Of a DNA stretch of 38,738 nt, positions 1-6,214 are shown one piece after another. Every line of letters begins with the position of its first letter. Position 1 is the stretch's first letter. The stretch is from positions 1 through 38,738 of the IMG/VR virus record IMGVR_UViG_3300034069_001386; one strand, given 5' to 3'. This DNA is from a virus. Below the pieces are notes generated by a model that saw only the letters and a list, made by a program, of their open reading frames with translations, was not told the DNA's origin and searched no databases. The translations under genes and the position numbers were made by a program.

Positions 1-141
1 CGCCACGACCGTGCCCGGCGGGACCGGCCCGGTCTGGGTCGTCGAGGAGCACACGCACCCGCGCGACTCCGCCGACCTCCGCTACGCCTTCCCCGGCGAC
101 ACGCTCCGGCTCCGGAACCGCCAGCCCGGCCCCCCGGTGAC
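1..141. repeat. Left copy of the 141-bp terminal overlap (identical to 38598-38738)
   Basis: Base-by-base comparison of both window ends. The overlap lies inside an ORF that reads through the junction. Confidence 0.95.
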
Positions 142-1339
142 CATGCTCACCGGCACTCAGCCCGGCCATGCCGTCACGATCACGACCACCGGCACCCCCG
201 CCGCGCAGAACCTGAACGACACCAGCGACTTCCTCCTCGGCAGCCAGTCGGTGTCCTTCAGCACGAACGCCACCAACGCCGAGACCGACGCGTTCCGGCG
301 AGACATCGCCGTCGACATGACCGGCAAGGGCTTCGTCTTCTTCGTCGAGTTCGGCAACCAGACCGCGGGCGTCAGCAAGATCGACGTACAGCTGCCGTCC
401 GGCGACGGGAACTTCACCGGCATCATCTTCGGTGGCGCTGCCTACACCGCCGACCAGCAGTACCTCAAGGACGGGGAATGGGGCCGCTTCTTCGTCCCCT
501 TCTCGCAGATCAGCGCAGGCTTCCGCGGCGGCTCCTCCGGCACCACGATGTCCCGCGCCGCCATCACCAGCATCCGGCTCCGCGTCTACAACCTCGCCGG
601 CCAGCAGGTCCCCGCGAAGCTCAACGGCATCGGCACCTACCCGGAACCCGTCGCGACGTTCCCGAACGGTGTCGTCTCCTTCGTCTACGACGACAGCTAC
701 TCCTCGCAGTACGCCACCGCGCGTCCGCACCTCGACAAGTACGGCTACCGCGCCACCGCGTACCCGATCACCGGCCGCATCGACTCCGGCGCGAGCTACA
801 TGACGATGGCACAGCTGCGGAAGCTGCACGACCAGAACGGCTGGGAGATCGGCGCCCACGCCACCACCGACGCGATCCACGCGCTCGGCCTGACCGGCCT
901 CTCGAGCACGGACCGCGCGATCGAGCTCAAGGCGCTCCGCGACTGGCAGATCGCGAACGGCTTCGCGGACTCCTCGTCCTACGCCTACCCGCGCGGCTCC
1001 TTCGACGCCGCCTCGATCAGCGAGGTCGGGAAGTACTGGGAAAGCGCCCGCACGACCTACGCCCACAGCGTCGAAATCGTCGGCACGCCCTACCCCTACC
1101 GGCTCCGCTCGTTCAACGTCGGCGGCTGGACCACCACCCAGCGCCGCACCATGGTCGACGTGGCGAAGCAGGGACGCGCCTGGACGATCTTCCTCATCCA
1201 CGCGATCGTCTCAACCGTCACCGACTCGCAGAACGACATCCTCGTCGCCGACCACCAGGACCTCGTCGACTACGTCGCCTCGAGCGGTGTCCCTGTGCTG
1301 CCGGTCGGCGAGGTTATGCGCGCAGGCGTCCCGGTCTAG
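2..1339 (+). CDS. Tail fibre/receptor-binding protein, C-terminal part: beta-sandwich (CBM-like) region plus polysaccharide deacetylase (CE4/NodB-like) domain
   Basis: Same frame as 38290..38738. Motifs SFVYDDSYSS, GWEIGAHATTD, YAYPRGSF and IFLIHAI resemble NodB motifs 1, 2, 3 and 5. High GC3. Confidence 0.6.
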   Translation, partial: ATTVPGGTGPVWVVEEHTHPRDSADLRYAFPGDTLRLRNRQPGPPVTMLTGTQPGHAVTITTTGTPAAQNLNDTSDFLLGSQSVSFSTNATNAETDAFRRDIAVDMTGKGFVFFVEFGNQTAGVSKIDVQLPSGDGNFTGIIFGGAAYTADQQYLKDGEWGRFFVPFSQISAGFRGGSSGTTMSRAAITSIRLRVYNLAGQQVPAKLNGIGTYPEPVATFPNGVVSFVYDDSYSSQYATARPHLDKYGYRATAYPITGRIDSGASYMTMAQLRKLHDQNGWEIGAHATTDAIHALGLTGLSSTDRAIELKALRDWQIANGFADSSSYAYPRGSFDAASISEVGKYWESARTTYAHSVEIVGTPYPYRLRSFNVGGWTTTQRRTMVDVAKQGRAWTIFLIHAIVSTVTDSQNDILVADHQDLVDYVASSGVPVLPVGEVMRAGVPV

Positions 1340-1361
1340 TAGCGCGGGTGCAGGGCCGGGA

Positions 1362-1475
1362 TCACTCCAGGTCGTCGTTCGCGAGATGGCTGGCCATCGT
1401 CACGCACATCACGACCGTGATCGGTATCGCGAAGAGCAACACCCAGACGAACGGCGCCAGCGCTTCAGACTCCAT
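1362..1475 (-). CDS. Small hydrophobic protein (37 aa, one predicted TM helix)
   Basis: Hand translation gives MESEALAPFVWVLLFAIPITVVMCVTMASHLANDDLE. GC3 about 90%. No SD; an ACACTGG motif lies 5 nt upstream of the ATG. Below the track length cutoff. Confidence 0.3.
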   Translation of the reverse strand: MESEALAPFVWVLLFAIPITVVMCVTMASHLANDDLE

Positions 1476-1546
1476 GGCTACCAGTGTGACGGGATGCCGG
1501 ATAAGTAACGCTGGCGCTTACGTAACTCAGGTGGGAGACTGTAAGC

Positions 1547-1921
1547 GTGACACTTACACCAGACGAGCGCGATGCGCTCGAAGACCGCAACACCGAACGA
1601 CTCGATGATGCCCCGCGAGCAGCACACCGCCTCGAAGTCTCGCTGAGCCTGAAGCGCGGGTTGAACTACCACCTGCGGTGCCTAGGTGATCGCGAATCCC
1701 GCTGCCACCTCTGGCAGGAGGACGAAGCCGACCCGACCACGCTCCAGGAGCACGAGTACTGCGCTGCGGTCGACTGGTGGCACTACGACACACAGTCGTC
1801 GGTCGAGAGCTATGTCGGCCCCGACCGAGACAGCGTCGTCACCGGCGAGGTGAACCTGCTGATGTGGGGCGAAAACGGCATCGAGTGGGAGTACCTCGAG
1901 ACACCGGAGGCCCGGCCGTGA
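1547..1921 (+). CDS. Hypothetical protein (124 aa), first gene of the accessory operon
   Basis: GTG start preceded by GGTGGGAG. Codon usage is richer in A/T-ending codons than the structural genes. Stop overlaps the next start (GTGA). Confidence 0.6.
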   Translation: MTLTPDERDALEDRNTERLDDAPRAAHRLEVSLSLKRGLNYHLRCLGDRESRCHLWQEDEADPTTLQEHEYCAAVDWWHYDTQSSVESYVGPDRDSVVTGEVNLLMWGENGIEWEYLETPEARP

Positions 1922-2028
1922 AGCACGTCATCACGATCGAGATCGATGACGACTACGACGACCTCGACGAGATCAAGCAGCTGCTCGACGAGAACGCGTT
2001 CCTGTACGACGTCAAGACGCTCGCGTGA
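1918..2028 (+). CDS. Hypothetical very acidic mini-protein (36 aa)
   Basis: GTGA overlap with both neighbours. Sequence VKHVITIEIDDDYDDLDEIKQLLDENAFLYDVKTLA. Confidence 0.4.
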   Translation: MKHVITIEIDDDYDDLDEIKQLLDENAFLYDVKTLA

Positions 2029-2381
2029 GGTACGAGCGCATCTGTCAGGTCCCGTCCTGCCAGACTCCCGTCGTCGAGGGGTTGGACTACTGCGCGCCTC
2101 ACATGGCTCGTAGGCTCATCCAGGAGGCGGACGCGCTTCGCGCTCGTGCACGAGCGCTTGAGTCGATCCGGCGCGGCATCCGTCTCGGCCGCAAGCCACT
2201 GCGGTTGCGCGATCGGATCTTCTCGTCCGACGGCGGATCCGCGGAGGAACTCACGGCCGCCGAGACGAGCGAGCTCTATGCGTGGGCCGGCGACAAGATC
2301 GCCGAGGTCGAGGCTCACGCCGCTCGTCTCGATGCGACCGTGCACATCGATCGGCGAGCCGCGGAGTCGACCGAATCGTGA
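2025..2381 (+). CDS. Hypothetical protein (118 aa) with N-terminal Cys/His cluster
   Basis: CQVPSCQTPVVEGLDYCAPH followed by a helical Arg/Ala-rich region. Coupled starts and stops. Confidence 0.55.
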   Translation: MRYERICQVPSCQTPVVEGLDYCAPHMARRLIQEADALRARARALESIRRGIRLGRKPLRLRDRIFSSDGGSAEELTAAETSELYAWAGDKIAEVEAHAARLDATVHIDRRAAESTES

Positions 2382-2596
2382 GCGTGCACGCTACGCATGT
2401 GCCTCGTCCTCGCGGTGAACTCGATCCGGCGGATCTCCGCGCGATTCGGAAGGCGCTCGCCAGCAGGGACAAGGCGGACCAGGCGGTGCGGGACGCGGTA
2501 CTGACCGCGATGGACCACGGCGCCTCGTTCCGTGTCCTCGCCGAAGCGACCGGCATCGCCGGGACCACGATCCAGCGTTGGAAGAACGAACGCTGA
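2378..2596 (+). CDS. Small helix-turn-helix DNA-binding protein (72 aa)
   Basis: C-terminal SFRVLAEATGIAGTTIQRWKNER looks like a resolvase/transposase-type HTH. GTGA overlap with the upstream gene. Confidence 0.6.
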   Translation: MSVHATHVPRPRGELDPADLRAIRKALASRDKADQAVRDAVLTAMDHGASFRVLAEATGIAGTTIQRWKNER

Positions 2597-2601
2597 TCCG
2601 G

Positions 2602-2626
2602 TATCGTCAGCAGCACGCTGACGATA
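2602..2626. terminator. Perfect 10-bp stem hairpin (TATCGTCAGC-agcac-GCTGACGATA) between convergent genes
   Basis: Read directly. Lies 6 nt after the stop at 2596. A second imperfect hairpin lies at about 2633-2661. Confidence 0.6.
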
Positions 2627-2670
2627 GAATCCCTGGTCAGCGGCGTTTTGTGCCGGACCAGTGACGCTGC

Positions 2671-2820
2671 TCAGTCCTCGATGCGCCTGATGTAGAGCAA
2701 CTGCTCGCCCTCGTGGACCTGCGCCTCGAGCGCCGCCTTCGCGGCGTCGTAGGTGGCCGCCTCGGCTCCGGTCATCCGGGTACCGCCGTCAGCCACGCGG
2801 ATCTGTCCCGAGAGCTTCAC
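2671..2820 (-). CDS. Hypothetical mini-protein (49 aa)
   Basis: Hand translation gives VKLSGQIRVADGGTRMTGAEAATYDAAKAALEAQVHEGEQLLYIRRIED. Starts 9 nt after the stop of the upstream minus-strand gene. Below the track cutoff. Confidence 0.35.
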   Translation of the reverse strand: MKLSGQIRVADGGTRMTGAEAATYDAAKAALEAQVHEGEQLLYIRRIED

Positions 2821-2829
2821 GAGGCGAGC

Positions 2830-3126
2830 CTACGAGCGCACATGCCGCTCGTACGCCCCGTGCGTGACCGACGCGTGCTGATGCCGCACCACTGACTGCT
2901 CGAGGAACCGCGCCCAGATCGCTTCCGCGGCCGCGTCACCGTTCGAAAACGGGCCGAGGTCCTCCTCGGCGCACCACGCCCGGAACTCGGGCCCCTGCCG
3001 GCGCACGACCCCGATCGGTGTCGACGGCTGCACGGGATACACGAGCTCCCACTCGGTCGGCTCGATTGTCCACGGACGCTCCCCCACGCCTGCGCACGGT
3101 ACCCGCGCGCCATGACACCGCCCCAT
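2830..3126 (-). CDS. Hypothetical protein (98 aa; alternative GTG start at 3087 gives 85 aa)
   Basis: 3' part of track ORF 2830..3270. The coding-like part is ERPWTIEPTEWELVYPVQPSTPIGVVRRQGPEFRAWCAEEDLGPF... It is divergent from the holin gene. Confidence 0.45.
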   Translation of the reverse strand: MGRCHGARVPCAGVGERPWTIEPTEWELVYPVQPSTPIGVVRRQGPEFRAWCAEEDLGPFSNGDAAAEAIWARFLEQSVVRHQHASVTHGAYERHVRS

Positions 3127-3139
3127 GAACGGAGCCCAC

Positions 3140-3601
3140 ATGAACAGCGCCCTCACGAAGTACGCGGCCGCCCTCATCCAGATCGCGATCGTCCTCGTCG
3201 CCGCACTCGCGCAGCTCACCGGCCGCGTGACACTCGTCGACGCCCTGCAGCTCATCGCGCTCGGCGCCAACGCGCTGCTGGTCTACCTCGTGCCCCTCTT
3301 CGGTGCAGCGATGCGCTCCGGCTGGAAGACCGGGGTCGCCGTGCTCGGCGCCCTGATCGCCGCCGGTATCCCCTTCGCGACCGTGCACCACATCACCGGC
3401 TCCCAGATCGCGGTCGTGCTCCTCGCCGGCCTGCAAGTCCTCGGTGCCCACATCGGTGTCCAGATCCGCAACGCTGCCACCAACGGGACGACGTCGGGCG
3501 AAACGCCTCAGCAAGCGGCCGTCGAACCGCCGACCGTCACGACGATCAACCGCGCCGTCAGCACGAACGGCGGCGAGTTCATCGGAGAGTCGGCCCGCTG
3601 A
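3140..3601 (+). CDS. Holin-like multi-pass membrane protein (153 aa; alternative ATG at 3125)
   Basis: Four hydrophobic segments. GGAG lies 8 nt upstream of ATG 3140. The stop overlaps the endolysin ATG. Confidence 0.6.
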   Translation: MNSALTKYAAALIQIAIVLVAALAQLTGRVTLVDALQLIALGANALLVYLVPLFGAAMRSGWKTGVAVLGALIAAGIPFATVHHITGSQIAVVLLAGLQVLGAHIGVQIRNAATNGTTSGETPQQAAVEPPTVTTINRAVSTNGGEFIGESAR

Positions 3602-4341
3602 TGCTGCCCTTCACTCTCGACGAGACCCGCACCCGCGAGCTCGCTCACGTCAACACGATCGGCCGGCCGAACGGCTGGTGGCCCGGGGGCGCCCTCACCA
3701 ACGACTGCGTCGGCTACCAGACCACACAGCTCGGCCTCCGCACCGGCCGCGAGAGCCTCGCCTGGCTCGGCGCGCACCCGCACATGATCTCGATCGCCGC
3801 GTTCCGCGCGCACTACCAGTGGCCAGAGGTGCCCGCGCACACGATCCGGCCCGGTGACCTCGTCATCTCGAACTGGACCGGCCTCCGCCTCGACGGCGAG
3901 CTCGAGGCGGAACACATGGAGTGGGCGTACTCCGTCGCCGAGTCATCGCTGGTGATCATCGGCGCGAACACCGGCCCGGCACCGGGTACCCCGACACCCA
4001 ACGGTGTCTGGCGGAAGATCCGGCCCATCAACGAGCACATCCTGTTCGGCATCCGTCCGCCGTACAAGGACGAGAAGCCTTCCTTGTCCCGCAAGCACGT
4101 TGTAAAGGTCGTCGCCGGCTACACGAACCGGCAGGACCTCGGCAGCATCCCGACGAGTACCGCGGCCGGTCCCGGGAAGGAGACCGGGATCGAGGGCCCG
4201 AACTACTGGCGCCGCGTCCAGACGTGGGCGCGGAAGCACGGCTACTACCCCCACGAGTTTGTCATCGACGGGATCCCGGGGAAGCAGTCCCGCATCGGCG
4301 AGGCTGCCGCGTACAAGGCGGCCACCGCGAAGAAGAAGTGA
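3601..4341 (+). CDS. Endolysin: CHAP/NlpC-P60-like cysteine peptidase plus C-terminal peptidoglycan-binding-like repeat
   Basis: NDCVGYQ (Cys), RPGDLVISNW and EHMEWAY (His) fit a CHAP-like triad layout. C-terminal YWRRVQTWARKHGYYPHEFVIDGIPGKQSRIGEAAAYKAA resembles PG_binding_1. Sits next to the holin. Confidence 0.75.
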   Translation: MLPFTLDETRTRELAHVNTIGRPNGWWPGGALTNDCVGYQTTQLGLRTGRESLAWLGAHPHMISIAAFRAHYQWPEVPAHTIRPGDLVISNWTGLRLDGELEAEHMEWAYSVAESSLVIIGANTGPAPGTPTPNGVWRKIRPINEHILFGIRPPYKDEKPSLSRKHVVKVVAGYTNRQDLGSIPTSTAAGPGKETGIEGPNYWRRVQTWARKHGYYPHEFVIDGIPGKQSRIGEAAAYKAATAKKK

Positions 4342-4347
4342 CCGGCC

Positions 4348-4785
4348 GTGTCGTTCTGGTCCCAGCTGCTGCTGAACGCGATCGTCGGCGGCGCGCTCTC
4401 CACGATCGTCGGTGTCGTCGTCGGGTTCCTGTTCAAGCGGTGGCTCCGCTCGGTGTTCGAGCCGGAGCAGAAGGCGACGACCGCGGCCGCGAACAAGGCG
4501 GCGTCCAGCGCGGTCGAGGCGCGTGACGCGTCGCAGACCGCGGCGAAGCACGCGCTCGAGCTGAAGGAAGCGAACGGCCGGTTCGTCGCGATGCTGCCCG
4601 AACGGGAGGACGCGGTCGAGTACCTGAAGGAGACGAACAGTCGCCTCCTCGCGGAGCTCGTGATCCAGGCGTCGAAGCATCCGGAGGACTTCGACAGCCC
4701 GACCGCGCCCCGCTTCGAGCACCCGACCGCGGTACCGGAAGAGGTCTACGTGACCGGTCGGCACGCACTCCACGGTCGTGCCTGA
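4348..4785 (+). CDS. Single-pass membrane protein with coiled-coil tail (lysis accessory or second holin-like protein)
   Basis: N-terminal TM LLLNAIVGGALSTIVGVVVGFLF, then KRW and a helical region. Position is immediately after the endolysin. Confidence 0.6.
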   Translation: MSFWSQLLLNAIVGGALSTIVGVVVGFLFKRWLRSVFEPEQKATTAAANKAASSAVEARDASQTAAKHALELKEANGRFVAMLPEREDAVEYLKETNSRLLAELVIQASKHPEDFDSPTAPRFEHPTAVPEEVYVTGRHALHGRA

Positions 4786-4801
4786 CCGGGGCGGCGATAC
4801 G

Positions 4802-4882
4802 GTGCTCGCGCTGCTCGTCGGCGTCGTCGCCGTGTGCGTTGTGGTGCTCGTCGTGGTCGGTGTGATCGTGGCGTCCGCATGA
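4802..4882 (+). CDS. Possible 26-aa all-hydrophobic micro-protein
   Basis: Hand translation gives VLALLVGVVAVCVVVLVVVGVIVASA. Its TGA overlaps the ATG at 4879 (ATGA). Confidence 0.25.
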   Translation: MLALLVGVVAVCVVVLVVVGVIVASA

Positions 4883-5088
4883 TCGTCCGCGACCCGAAGT
4901 CGGACCTGTTCATCGCGATCTGCACGGGGTGCGGGATGCGTGAGCACATCGACTCGGACACCGGGTTCGGTGCCGCGTCGCTCGCGTCCGGCGCCGGCTG
5001 GTCGCTCGGCTTGCGGGACCTGTGCCGCGACTGTCGTCCCTCGGAGGACGCCGGGCGCAAGGTGCGGCGTGCCCGCAGTTCTGCCTGA
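4879..5088 (+). CDS. Small Cys4 (zinc-ribbon-like) protein (69 aa)
   Basis: CTGCG ... CRDC pairs. Internal ATG of track ORF 4834..5088. Confidence 0.45.
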   Translation: MIVRDPKSDLFIAICTGCGMREHIDSDTGFGAASLASGAGWSLGLRDLCRDCRPSEDAGRKVRRARSSA

Positions 5089-5280
5089 TCGGGAGACACT
5101 TCCCTGGTCCCCCGGCAGGCGTACTGCCTCCGGCCGCTCGTAGATGGATCTGGGGGGATCAACGAGCGGCCGGGAGGCGATGCACGGGCGGAGGAAACCC
5201 GCTCCCAGTGTCCCCCAAGGTGGGCACAGTCCGGTACCCCCAGTCTCTGATTCGTTCGCGCCGCGGGAGCGTGAACTACT

Positions 5281-5320
5281 GCAGCCCTGCTGCGCTCGAC
5301 GTCGAGCGCAGCAGGGCTGC
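5281..5320. terminator. 40-bp perfect palindrome (20-bp stem) followed by TTT; bidirectional terminator candidate
   Basis: GCAGCCCTGCTGCGCTCGAC/GTCGAGCGCAGCAGGGCTGC read directly. Lies 6 nt from the stop of the minus-strand operon (5326) and at the end of the plus-strand lysis unit. Confidence 0.7.
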
Positions 5321-5325
5321 TTTCG

Positions 5326-5577
5326 TCATGTCCGGACGAGAGCGAGGAAGTCCCGGTGGAGGGCTCGCAGGTTCTCGACGTCGAATTCGTCCCAGCCGTG
5401 ACGGGCGGCCAGCTCGCCCATGGCGTCCTCGTCGGGAGAATCGTCGTCGTCCCAGCCGACGATGATTCCCCAGAGCCAGGCATCGACCTTCTGCGCGCCC
5501 CAGTCCCGGCTGTTGAAGATGAGGGCGTTGCGGAGCGCCTCGACCGCGCTCTCCGTGGTTCGCCATGTCTTGCTCAC
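5326..5577 (-). CDS. Very acidic Trp-rich protein (83 aa), function unknown
   Basis: GTG start overlaps the TGA of the RHH gene (GTGA). Contains WGIIVGWDDDDSPDEDAMGELAARHGWDEFD. High GC3. Confidence 0.6.
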   Translation of the reverse strand: MSKTWRTTESAVEALRNALIFNSRDWGAQKVDAWLWGIIVGWDDDDSPDEDAMGELAARHGWDEFDVENLRALHRDFLALVRT

Positions 5578-5726
5578 CGCACGTACCGCTCGAGCGCGCG
5601 CCGGACGACGTCGGTGAGCGTCTCGCCTTTCTCGGCGGCCTTGACCTGGGCGGCTCTGTAGAGGTCCTCGGGGATCCGGAACGACTTCATCGGCGTGCGG
5701 GGCGCGTTCGGGGACACGCGGCCCAT
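5574..5726 (-). CDS. Ribbon-helix-helix (CopG/Arc/MetJ-type) DNA-binding protein (50 aa)
   Basis: MKSFRIPEDLYRAAQVKAAEKGETLTDVVRRALERYV is a textbook RHH pattern (beta strand, helix, GxT, helix). Confidence 0.7.
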   Translation of the reverse strand: MGRVSPNAPRTPMKSFRIPEDLYRAAQVKAAEKGETLTDVVRRALERYVR

Positions 5727-5740
5727 CGTCCCACGTGTCA

Positions 5741-6166
5741 TTACAGGTCGACCTGCTCGATCCACTCGACCTTGAGTCGCACTGCGAACGGCAGGCCCTC
5801 GTCGGTCTTCCCGTACAGCTCGATGGCGTCCGTCTCGCCGGCGATGTCCGACTCGGTGATCTCGAAGGGACCACGCCAGTCCCATCCGATGGGGACGGCC
5901 TTGATGATGTCGAGCGGCGTCGGCAGCTTGCGCGCCCGCATCTGTGCGTAGGTCCGCACGAGTTTGAGGTGGCTCTCGCGGCCTTCCATGCCACCAGCTC
6001 CGCGGTCCGGCTGCGACAGCGAATACACAGGCTCGCCGACCTGCTCGACAGCGTCGTCGTAGGCGAACTCGACGACGTAGAGCTGTCCCTCGCGAAGGTC
6101 GAAGTCGGGCCCGATGGCACGCACCTCGTCGCCCTCGTGGAACTTGAACTGCGCCTCTGGTGTCAT
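5741..6166 (-). CDS. Hypothetical protein (141 aa; in-frame alternative ATG at 6190)
   Basis: The ATG lies in the centre of palindrome copy 1. TATTCT (-10-like) lies exactly 6 nt upstream, so a leaderless mRNA is plausible. High GC3. Confidence 0.65.
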   Translation of the reverse strand: MTPEAQFKFHEGDEVRAIGPDFDLREGQLYVVEFAYDDAVEQVGEPVYSLSQPDRGAGGMEGRESHLKLVRTYAQMRARKLPTPLDIIKAVPIGWDWRGPFEITESDIAGETDAIELYGKTDEGLPFAVRLKVEWIEQVDL

Positions 6167-6172
6167 GACACC
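6159..6172. promoter_or_regulatory. Operator-like palindrome copy 1: GGTGTCATGACACC (perfect 14 bp)
   Basis: Read directly. The central CAT/ATG is the start codon of minus-strand gene 5741..6166. Confidence 0.7.
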
Positions 6173-6182
6173 AGAATAGGGA

Positions 6183-6195
6183 GGTGTCATGACAC
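6183..6195. promoter_or_regulatory. Operator-like palindrome copy 2: GGTGTCATGACAC (12-bp perfect core)
   Basis: Read directly. Preceded by AGGGAGG. Its ATG opens an 11-codon micro-ORF (6189..6224) whose TGA overlaps the ATG at 6221. Confidence 0.65.
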
Positions 6196-6214
6196 TGCGC
6201 AAGAGCGAACACTG

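Noticed and set aside
1-141. The terminal 141-bp direct repeat as a genuine terminal redundancy, LTR or duplicated att site
   Set aside because: It lies inside a continuous ORF. Its length equals a standard maximum assembler k-mer. No integrase-proximal or packaging features are nearby. It is reported as circular closure instead.
1547-1553. (A/G)TGACAC at the starts of ORFs 1547 and 3112 as extra half-sites of the 6159-6227 palindrome
   Set aside because: Only a 6-7 nt half-site matches, with no inverted partner. The 3112 ORF is an artefact frame. The match could be chance, so it is not used as evidence.
3112-3600. N-terminal extension of the endolysin frame (track ORF 3112..4341, 409 aa)
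   Set aside because: The first 163 residues are R/P/H-rich junk overlapping the holin gene in another frame. A clean ATG at 3601 overlaps the holin stop and begins the CHAP-like domain.
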